This document shows, piece after piece, positions 1-6,434 of a stretch of 8,478 bases of DNA. The notes beneath the pieces were generated by a model. That model worked only from the letters and a program-made list of their open reading frames with translations. It was not told the origin of the DNA and ran no database searches. Every line of letters begins with the position of its first letter. Position 1 is the first letter of the stretch. Where the stretch lies: IMG/VR virus record IMGVR_UViG_2541047850_000013, one strand, 5' to 3'. This DNA comes from a virus. Its lineage: Duplodnaviria; Heunggongvirae; Uroviricota; Caudoviricetes. Made by a program: the position numbers and the translations under genes.

Positions 1-327
1 GAGTGATTCGGATGTCTGGTCACGCAGCTGGTTGTCGCAGTGCCAGCACAACACCATCGCGCCGGTACCGTAACGATGTATGACGATTTCACTGTGATGA
101 TAGTCACCATGAGGCCACTGGCAGGATTTGACATGACGCAACAGCCAGTCAGACAGTGCCCCAGCGCCGCCAGCAGCACGAATCACCCGCTCATCGCTGA
201 AAAATGGCAGTAATGATTTATCCTCCGCCAGCGGCTGGCGAACGGCAGGGACGACTCCGGACGGCAGACCGCGCATGCTTTTCGGTTCAGGCTCCACCAG
301 CACTCGAGGGTTATGAAATACTTGCAT
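1..327 (-). CDS. Hypothetical protein, N-terminal 109 codons only (gene runs off the window start); Cys/His-rich segment suggests possible metal binding
   Basis: ATG at 327..325 on the minus strand; frame stays open to position 1 (hand-translated, no stop). Begins MQVFHNPRVLVEPEPKAMRG and contains CQWPHGDYHH...CWHC. No clear Shine-Dalgarno; family not recognised. Confidence 0.4.
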   Translation of the reverse strand, partial: MQVFHNPRVLVEPEPKSMRGLPSGVVPAVRQPLAEDKSLLPFFSDERVIRAAGGAGALSDWLLRHVKSCQWPHGDYHHSEIVIHRYGTGAMVLCWHCDNQLRDQTSESL

Positions 328-400
328 GGATTCACGGCCCGGCCTAAGGACCACCAGCCCAAGTTCCGGTACCAGAACAGGTCGAAGTAATATCCGCACG

Positions 401-679
401 TTACCTCCAGATCCGTTGCTGGTATGTGCGGGATGGGCGCGGTGGGCGTTCGGAATAAGGGAGCCTGACATAGATTATCCAGTGACGATAATCGAGGCTG
501 AGGGCTTTCTTAACCTCGTATCCGCGCCTGCGGTAACACTGAATTATCCATTCCGCCTGCTCTTCAGTGCATGGAGGATGCTGGAACCAGTCTGATTTGA
601 ATACGTGAAAACGCCGTCCGCGCCTGCTGGCAAAGACGGCAGAATCATTAGAATTGTGTAATTTGGTATCGTGCGCCAT
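401..679 (-). CDS. Hypothetical small protein (92 aa), function unknown
   Basis: ORF-track ORF 401..760 trimmed to the first ATG (MAHDTKL...), because the listed start at 760 is a non-ATG codon lying inside the terminator hairpin. Basic, protein-like composition. Start choice uncertain. Confidence 0.35.
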   Translation of the reverse strand: MAHDTKLHNSNDSAVFASRRGRRFHVFKSDWFQHPPCTEEQAEWIIQCYRRRGYEVKKALSLDYRHWIIYVRLPYSERPPRPSRTYQQRIWR

Positions 680-751
680 CGGTTGTCTCTGCTGGCGCAG
701 CAGGTGCCAGTTGTTCAGGCTGGCGTGCGTATTGTAAACCAGAATGCCAGG

Positions 752-783
752 AAAAAACAAAACCCGCCGAAGCGGGTTTTTTG
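752..783. terminator. Bidirectional rho-independent terminator closing the methyltransferase cassette
   Basis: GC-rich hairpin AAACCCGC-CGAA-GCGGGTTT (760..779) with an A-run on the 5' side and a T-run on the 3' side, so either strand reads stem-loop followed by a U-tract. Sits 12 nt past the methyltransferase stop. Confidence 0.75.
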
Positions 784-794
784 TACATATAGAA

Positions 795-1892
795 TTATGG
801 TATTAATCCAGCTGTTCTTGCTTTATTAATATAATTTTTACAGTGGTTAGCCAAATACTCTGCAAACTTGCATGGAAGTGCATTTCCTATTATGACGCAT
901 ACTTTATCCATCAAAGCTGTATCAAACACATAGTTATCAGGAAAAGTCTGTAGTCTAGCAGCTTCTCGAACAGAAATAGTACGCGTATCCTCAGGATGTC
1001 CATATCGCCCACGGCTTAAAGTTGTGCACCCACCTGTAATCGTAGGCGATACGTCATCCCAAAGCATACGACCATAAACATTACTAAATCCTTTATAGTC
1101 GCCTTTATGGCAATCTGGACGGAGTTCTTCGGGAATACACTCCCAAGACATCCCTGGAACAGCCGCTTGTAACCGCTTTATATTGATCTCAGACAAATCC
1201 CTAACAATATGCCAACTCGACAATGGAAACTTCCCTTGCTTCTTAGCCTGTGAAAGAGTTAAGGGTTTTGGCATATCTCCAATAGCTTCTTTAACAGTTA
1301 CCCATTTGGGTTTCTCTCTTCCATCCTTAGAGTGTGATCCATCAGGCAATGGGATGGCAAATCCTTTTCCTGCCAACAGAACAAGCCTTTTTCTGAACTG
1401 TGGTACACCAAAGTCAGCTACTTGCAAAACTCCATAATTAACTATGTAACCAAGTTTTTTCAATCTCTCAATTACTGGCGAAAGAAGATGATTTCCCCGG
1501 GAAGCTAATCCAGGAACATTTTCCATCATGATTGCTGATGGATTGGTTTCTTCAACCAACCGTAACATCTCGTTAATCAATAAATTACGAGGGTCCTCCC
1601 TTTTATACTTGGCAGTGAGACTAGTAAATCCTTGACATGGCGGGCACGCAGATAAAAGATCTAAATGTTGCTCAGGGATAAGATTTAGGATATCACTCCC
1701 CTTTACAAACCGAATATCTTGAACAAAGAGTTTTGTCTCACGATGATTTGCTTGGAAAGTAGCGGCGGCATGTGCGTCCAGTTCAACGGCAGCTTTGACA
1801 TCAAACCCGGCCATTTTTAGTCCCATGGTTAGTCCCCCACCACCGCTAAATAGGTCAACTGCATTCAAACTGGTCACTGTTTTCTCACTCAT
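795..1892 (-). CDS. DNA (cytosine-5)-methyltransferase, 365 aa
   Basis: All diagnostic C5-MTase motifs in canonical order: motif I DLFSGGGG (aa 13-20, AdoMet binding), motif IV PPCQGF with catalytic Cys86, motif VI ENV (aa 124-126), motif VIII QFRKR (aa 165-169), motif IX RTISVREAARLQTFPDNY, motif X GNALP (aa 336-340). A variable target-recognition region lies between motifs VIII and IX. ATG at 1892 overlaps the upstream gene's stop. Confidence 0.93.
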   Translation of the reverse strand: MSEKTVTSLNAVDLFSGGGGLTMGLKMAGFDVKAAVELDAHAAATFQANHRETKLFVQDIRFVKGSDILNLIPEQHLDLLSACPPCQGFTSLTAKYKREDPRNLLINEMLRLVEETNPSAIMMENVPGLASRGNHLLSPVIERLKKLGYIVNYGVLQVADFGVPQFRKRLVLLAGKGFAIPLPDGSHSKDGREKPKWVTVKEAIGDMPKPLTLSQAKKQGKFPLSSWHIVRDLSEINIKRLQAAVPGMSWECIPEELRPDCHKGDYKGFSNVYGRMLWDDVSPTITGGCTTLSRGRYGHPEDTRTISVREAARLQTFPDNYVFDTALMDKVCVIIGNALPCKFAEYLANHCKNYINKARTAGLIP

Positions 1893-3996
1893 TATTTCCC
1901 AACTTCAACTGTTCTGCCTCATCCAAGAATTCTTGGTGAGTTTGAGTTGTCCTCAGCAAGAACCCTGCCCAATCAACGGGTGTTAGGCGTTTTTCTTCGA
2001 TGTATGCAGTATAAGCTTTACGACGTGCCCCACTCAAGCGCTCCCCATCACTTACCAGCGTAACGTGAAAATCAGATGCTATTGATTTAAAATCATTATG
2101 TCTCTCATCGTTCAAAAACTCCTCGAATGTTTCGAAGTAATTAATAATACGATCCATTTCATCATTGGAAATATAATGATGTGGCTTTTTTATTTCAATT
2201 ATTTGTAATTTTCCATCCTGACTAAACAATACAAAGTCTGGTCTTTTATTTTTTTTATCAAAATCTATAAGAAATATCTCCTCACCAGTTTTCTTTTTAT
2301 AAAATTTTTGAAATTCCCTTTTAAGCGTGGACAACGTTTTATTTGCTGTAACTGGGACCCATTGAGGGTTAACTAGCCACGGAGCGGATGCAATTAGATC
2401 TTGTAACTCATCTTCTGCTGTATCCTTTGCGTCTTTTAAAGACTCGAGACGCTCAATAATCTGAAGACGCTTTTTGACCTTTTGACCAAAACTAACGGTT
2501 TCAGCTAGTTGAGCCGTTGCTAAAATATCGTTGAGAACATTGAGCGGTGTATCCGCTTTACTGGAAGCTTCTATTAACTTCTCATCTAAGGATTGTAATG
2601 GTGCTAACATAATACTTAACTGCACTAAATTCTCGAGTGCATCAGGATCATGTAATTCATCACCTCGTAAAGATTTACCCAACAACTTGGCTATTTTTTT
2701 AGCCTGTGCTCGCATATCCTTTTGACCGGCTCCAGGGTATGCTTGCTCGACCTTATCCTCCACTTGCGCTAATTCGAAGAATTGATTCATCATATTATTT
2801 CTAAGGGGGTCGCGAGTTATTTTACCCACAAGTAAAATAACTTCTTGCCCCCAATTCTGAAATTGCGTTCCTAAATCATCAGACCATAGAATATCCCTTC
2901 TATCAGTTTGGATAAGATCTTCTTTTTCGTCTAACCAGTCAGCATGCAACTCACCTACCAAATATGAACGTATAGAGTGCTCTCCAGTAAAACCAGCTTT
3001 TCTATTAAAAACTGCTGTTTGCGCAGCAAACTTACCTCGGCAATAAATTCTAACACCTGCCATTAACTCGTCCTTATAAGGCTCTTTCGCGTATGCAATC
3101 CAACCTAATATCGGGTAAGCTTTCCCTTCATGTTCAAAACCGGCCTTAACAATTGATGAACGCGTGCCGTCAGGATTAAAAGCCGTATAATCACTTAAAT
3201 CCGTACAAGAATCTGTCGCAATACTTCCACTCATGGAACGAAATTCAATTTTAGAGTTAGGCATAACAGGAACAGTAAACTCTCCGACCTCAACTTCATA
3301 GTCAGGATTAGACTTTGTTTTCGAAGTATCAATCAGTTTAATATTCCAGTTTTTACTCTTCACTCCAAAACGTTGTGAAAGCTGCCGAGATAAATCTTTT
3401 ATTTCGCTAATTTTTCTATATTCAAAATCACTTAATATTATTTTAGTATAGGTCCTGTCACTTAGTGTGCCGTCTAAATCCCCAGTTTCCGGTTTATAAG
3501 ACACTGCAGTATCATCCATTATTTTTTCTTTATCTAGCTGAATATGAGCAACCTCATACCCTTCCTTTCCATCACGACTGATTTTTTCCCCACCGGCACT
3601 TATAATCTCGACCCTTTTACAAACACCAAAAGGTGCTAATTTCCCAACGCCTTTCCGTCCCATGACTTTGCGGTGAAACACCTTCGAGGTTTCACCTCTT
3701 TTTGGATCCTTACGTCTTTCTTTGCCAACAACCAAATAAAAGTTCTGTAGTTCATCAGGCGCCATTCCGACGCCATTATCTTCTACTTCTATTGTGACAT
3801 TTTTTGACCTGACAACACCATCCTGTCTAACAGCCAAGTATTGGCCCATAGGTGCTTTTATAGTGACATTAGTCGCATCTGCATCGTAACTGTTAGATAC
3901 TAATTCGGCTATAACAGCATAAGCCCTGTCATATAATTTCACACCTAATTTATCTACTGTCATCCTTGATATCTGCATTTCATATTGACGCGCCAT
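1885..3996 (-). CDS. GHKL-superfamily (MutL/MORC-like) ATPase with central helical region and C-terminal PD-(D/E)xK-like nuclease motif, 703 aa; candidate restriction/effector subunit
   Basis: ATG at 3996 with AGGA 7 nt upstream. Bergerat-fold motifs: N-box ELVSNSYDAD (aa 31-40), G1 box DNGVGM (aa 73-78), G2 box GRKGVGKLAPFG (aa 113-124). Residues about 440-540 are charged, helix-prone and coiled-coil-like. C-terminus GEEIFLIDFDKKNKRPDFVLFSQDGKLQIIEIKKP gives E573...PD587...E601-x-K603. Stop overlaps the methyltransferase start by 8 nt (ATGAGTGA). Confidence 0.85.
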   Translation of the reverse strand: MARQYEMQISRMTVDKLGVKLYDRAYAVIAELVSNSYDADATNVTIKAPMGQYLAVRQDGVVRSKNVTIEVEDNGVGMAPDELQNFYLVVGKERRKDPKRGETSKVFHRKVMGRKGVGKLAPFGVCKRVEIISAGGEKISRDGKEGYEVAHIQLDKEKIMDDTAVSYKPETGDLDGTLSDRTYTKIILSDFEYRKISEIKDLSRQLSQRFGVKSKNWNIKLIDTSKTKSNPDYEVEVGEFTVPVMPNSKIEFRSMSGSIATDSCTDLSDYTAFNPDGTRSSIVKAGFEHEGKAYPILGWIAYAKEPYKDELMAGVRIYCRGKFAAQTAVFNRKAGFTGEHSIRSYLVGELHADWLDEKEDLIQTDRRDILWSDDLGTQFQNWGQEVILLVGKITRDPLRNNMMNQFFELAQVEDKVEQAYPGAGQKDMRAQAKKIAKLLGKSLRGDELHDPDALENLVQLSIMLAPLQSLDEKLIEASSKADTPLNVLNDILATAQLAETVSFGQKVKKRLQIIERLESLKDAKDTAEDELQDLIASAPWLVNPQWVPVTANKTLSTLKREFQKFYKKKTGEEIFLIDFDKKNKRPDFVLFSQDGKLQIIEIKKPHHYISNDEMDRIINYFETFEEFLNDERHNDFKSIASDFHVTLVSDGERLSGARRKAYTAYIEEKRLTPVDWAGFLLRTTQTHQEFLDEAEQLKLGNNE

Positions 3997-4090
3997 TTAA
4001 ATATCCTTCTAAAAGAGTATTTTTTGCTCAAAAAGGGGAAGTTTATGTTTGACTAACATAGCAAAAAAACTTTCATCTTCAAGAGGTTCA
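3997..4090 (-). promoter_or_regulatory. RBS and AT-rich putative promoter region for the ATPase/methyltransferase cassette
   Basis: AGGA at 4004..4007 (minus strand), 7 nt from the ATG. Upstream sequence is very A+T-rich with weak sigma70-like hexamers (for example TTGAAG-16-TATGTT on the minus strand). No single convincing -35/-10 pair. Confidence 0.3.
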
Positions 4091-4343
4091 CACCAAAAGA
4101 ATTTACCTGGTTCACATAACCAGCTGGATTAGTGTTGAGTTTTGGGTAAACCTGAGGATTGAGAAACCAGTACTGATAAATGGGTATCCGCTGTTTTCGT
4201 CCCTCTCCTGAGCTACCGTGTATTGAAATGGCATCGACACTATTACATGGTAGGAGGTTGTATGTATGGTTTAGATATTTTGCATCTTTCACAGACACTT
4301 TTTACCTTTGCCATATCCTTCCACATTGTTTCTCCGGAAATCA

Positions 4344-4511
4344 CTAACGGTTTGGCATTTGCAGAACCATTATCAGCCATAGCTTCTTGCCGTTAACTTC
4401 GGTTGCACCTGATTGTTGCTCACCTTCAGGCAATGATGGGTTATATACACGGACTGAGCTCACTGCAGTAACAACCTTCCCAGTCAACTTACCTATGCTT
4501 TCAACCATCAT
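4344..4511 (-). CDS. Small hypothetical ORF (55 aa); coding status doubtful
   Basis: ORF-track ORF 4344..4565 trimmed to the first ATG (MMVESIGKL...); listed start is TTG. Weak RBS, and an alternative 46-codon ORF (4240..4380, minus strand) overlaps in another frame. Confidence 0.2.
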   Translation of the reverse strand: MMVESIGKLTGKVVTAVSSVRVYNPSLPEGEQQSGATEVNGKKLWLIMVLQMPNR

Positions 4512-4572
4512 CGTAGCGGCATACTTCCGAATTGCTATTATTTCAATTCTGCACCGTTTGCTCAATGTAACG

Positions 4573-4983
4573 CTACCTAAAACGTCGCCGATAGAACGCC
4601 AGCACGCGCTGCATAACTTCGCTCTTCCGGCACTCGCTACAGATTATGTTCTGACGCCTGTCATAACGACGTATTTCTCCATCAGGTAATGACCAGATAA
4701 GGTCCGGATCAACCGCAGATGGTTTCTTCAGCTTTGCCCTTGAGAGCTTTTTACGGGCATTTTGCCAGTCCTTACGCGCCTGTTCAGACGGGAATAACCC
4801 GTAACTAGGGTTGTATACATCGCCACTGGCAACCAGCTCTCTGGCCAGAACGCTCATCAGATATCTTGTTGCCCCAGTTTTAGCTTCCAGTTGTCGTAAC
4901 GTCTCACGCCCACTCTGGCGTACGAGTTCAAGAACCTGCCCTTTAATTTTTTCCCGCTCTTCTTGTGTAAAAACTTTTGCCAC
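4573..4983 (-). CDS. Ren-like protein (phage lambda ren family) with N-terminal extension, 136 aa
   Basis: GTG start at 4983 preceded by strong AGGAGG 4 nt upstream. Central KTGAT...LARELVASG and C-terminal SECRKSEVMQRVLAFY resemble, from memory, lambda Ren (…ALTGAT…MARAGLL… and …KECRQSAAMKRVLAVY…). Sits directly after the replication gene, as ren does in lambda. Confidence 0.5.
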   Translation of the reverse strand: MAKVFTQEEREKIKGQVLELVRQSGRETLRQLEAKTGATRYLMSVLARELVASGDVYNPSYGLFPSEQARKDWQNARKKLSRAKLKKPSAVDPDLIWSLPDGEIRRYDRRQNIICSECRKSEVMQRVLAFYRRRFR

Positions 4984-5023
4984 AAGCCCTCCTGAAAATT
5001 ACCTCATGACCAGAAATTAACAC

Positions 5024-5986
5024 TTACCCCCTGAAGCCCGGCGGAATTTCAGTGTCCGGTTCAGAAATGTGATTCACGCAACGCTGCGCAGGCGAACGCC
5101 CCAGGCGGATAACCAGTTCATCCCATTTTTCCCGGAGTTTTGCCGGACTCATGATGTTTTTTACCCAGAACGAATCCCGCTGGAGACGCCCAAACATTTC
5201 ACAAATTTGTCTGTGAGTTCTGCCATCCAGCATCCGCATTGTGCGAACGTCATTGGCCCATGCTGTCCAGTTGGGTTCTTTCGGTCTAGTGATCTCGCCA
5301 TCATAGCTGGCCGCCTGCTCGTAAAGACTCACGATTCGTCCCCAGATCCACTGTGCGCACACCAAATCTTCCTGACTTCCCCACTGGCGTTTTTTCGCAC
5401 TGAACACAACCGCGTCAGGGTGTCGGGTTAAAAAATCCTGTTCAGCCGTCTGCGGGTCCGGTTGCGAAGCGTCAGGACAAGAAGATCTTTTATCTGACGG
5501 ATCAGGTTTTAATACTGACGGATCGGGGTCAATCATCGCCCCCCTAATCGGCAGTTTTTTATCAACAGTTGATCCATCAAAATTTGACGGGTCAACCGTT
5601 GAGGGGTCAATATTTGACGGGTCAACTGTTAACGGGTCATTTTTTGCCGGGCTAATTTTTCTTTTCGGTTTATATGACTCACGCGCCGCCGCCGCAGCTG
5701 CTTCGAGTTTTTCCACATTAAGTCGATAGATATTGCTTACATTACGCCCACCGACCTTACGCTCTTCCTTCGTCAGCCAGCCCTCTTTCGCCAGTTCTGC
5801 AATAGCCGATTTCACTGTGGATTCACTTCTTGCACCGATCTGACGCCGGATAGTTTCAATGGCAGGCCATGACACGCCCTCGTCATTGCTGTAGTCTGCA
5901 AGACGGGCCATAACCGCCACCCTGGATAAGATCATGCCGGTGAAGGCGCACCCTTCCCAGACAAGACCATGAAGCTTGCTGCTCAT
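5024..5986 (-). CDS. Phage replication initiator (lambda O-like / replisome organiser) with N-terminal winged-HTH domain and internal repeat linker, about 320 aa
   Basis: ATG at 5986 preceded by G-rich RBS (alternative GTG at 6001). N-terminus MARLADYSNDEGVSWPAIETIRRQIGARSESTVKSAIAELAKEGWL is typical of phage replication-initiator HTH domains. The linker carries 5-aa repeats (VDPSN-like) encoded by 15-bp DNA iterons. Follows the cro-like and YdaT-like genes as O follows cro-cII in lambda. Confidence 0.75.
   Translation of the reverse strand: MSSKLHGLVWEGCAFTGMILSRVAVMARLADYSNDEGVSWPAIETIRRQIGARSESTVKSAIAELAKEGWLTKEERKVGGRNVSNIYRLNVEKLEAAAAAARESYKPKRKISPAKNDPLTVDPSNIDPSTVDPSNFDGSTVDKKLPIRGAMIDPDPSVLKPDPSDKRSSCPDASQPDPQTAEQDFLTRHPDAVVFSAKKRQWGSQEDLVCAQWIWGRIVSLYEQAASYDGEITRPKEPNWTAWANDVRTMRMLDGRTHRQICEMFGRLQRDSFWVKNIMSPAKLREKWDELVIRLGRSPAQRCVNHISEPDTEIPPGFRG
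5569..5675. repeat. Putative origin of replication: six 15-bp-spaced iterons plus adjacent A+T-rich tract, inside the replication gene
   Basis: Direct repeats at exact 15-bp period starting 5569, 5584, 5599, 5614, 5629, 5644: TTGATCCATCAA, TTGACGGGTCAA, TTGAGGGGTCAA, TTGACGGGTCAA, TTAACGGGTCAT, TTGCCGGGCTAA. Each is an imperfect palindrome (TTGAC..GTCAA). A+T-rich tract follows (about 5640..5675). Confidence 0.6.
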
Positions 5987-6008
5987 AAAACCCCCGAACA
6001 CCGTGCTT

Positions 6009-6434
6009 TTAGTGCATCACCACAGCATTCCCTGCCGGGCCGCCGCGATTCATCTGGTCATACAAAACAACCGCTGACGCAACAAAATCATCGACATCCT
6101 TCACCAGCCGATCCCTCCGTTCGACGATCTCACGGTAATATTCAGAACTGTGGCTGCGCATACGGGCCACCAGCAAAGGCGGCATCGCCTTTTCGATCGC
6201 CGGTAACAGAGCCTGCATTTTTTCAACAGCATCAGGGGTGTCTTTATCCAGCCAACGGAAAATTTTCTGGGTATTACGGGCCAGGGCTTCCGGATGGCTG
6301 TCGTCGTACAGTTCAGGGAACGTCATCCCCAGTTCGAAATAAGTCCGGGCTATTTCAGCTGCAGGAACTTTCTCACCATCAGGGTATGCCCAGGCATTCA
6401 TCGCCATGCGGATGTGCTCATGTTTGATTTTCAT
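6009..6434 (-). CDS. ydaT: YdaT-like protein (occupies the cII position; family reported toxic when derepressed in Rac prophage), 141 aa
   Basis: ATG at 6434 with AGAGG RBS; N-terminus MKIKHEHI... recalled as characteristic of YdaT-family proteins. Overlaps the upstream cro-like gene by 17 nt. Family assignment is from memory, not a search. Confidence 0.65.
   Translation of the reverse strand: MKIKHEHIRMAMNAWAYPDGEKVPAAEIARTYFELGMTFPELYDDSHPEALARNTQKIFRWLDKDTPDAVEKMQALLPAIEKAMPPLLVARMRSHSSEYYREIVERRDRLVKDVDDFVASAVVLYDQMNRGGPAGNAVVMH

Noticed and set aside
326-595. Plus-strand ORF of 89 aa (MDSRPGLRTTSPSSG...)
   Set aside because: Arg/Pro/Gly/Ser-rich, low-complexity translation typical of a non-coding frame; antisense to better minus-strand ORFs; no RBS.
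401-760. Extended N-termini given by the ORF track for 401..760, 4344..4565, 5024..6001, 6418..6762 and 7597..7812
   Set aside because: Hand translation shows these start at GTG or TTG codons without RBSs (one lies inside the terminator hairpin); internal ATG codons with Shine-Dalgarno sequences were preferred.
795-1892. Vsr-type very-short-patch repair endonuclease partner for the C5-methyltransferase
   Set aside because: No small ORF with Vsr-like features lies adjacent; the only partner gene is the 703-aa GHKL protein.
1183-2725. Plus-strand ORFs 1183..1437, 1795..1986 and 2531..2725
   Set aside because: They lie entirely antisense within the methyltransferase and ATPase genes, whose motifs are unambiguous; shadow ORFs.
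4053-4298. Minus-strand ORF of 81 aa in the AT-rich spacer upstream of the cassette
   Set aside because: No RBS and an odd composition in an A+T-rich intergenic tract; more likely non-coding promoter or spacer sequence. Kept only as part of the junction finding.
4387-6427. Plus-strand ORFs 4387..4689, 4811..5020, 5069..5431 and 5969..6427
   Set aside because: Antisense to the well-supported leftward operon (YdaT-like, initiator, Ren-like); translations are Pro/Arg/Ser-rich and lack RBSs.
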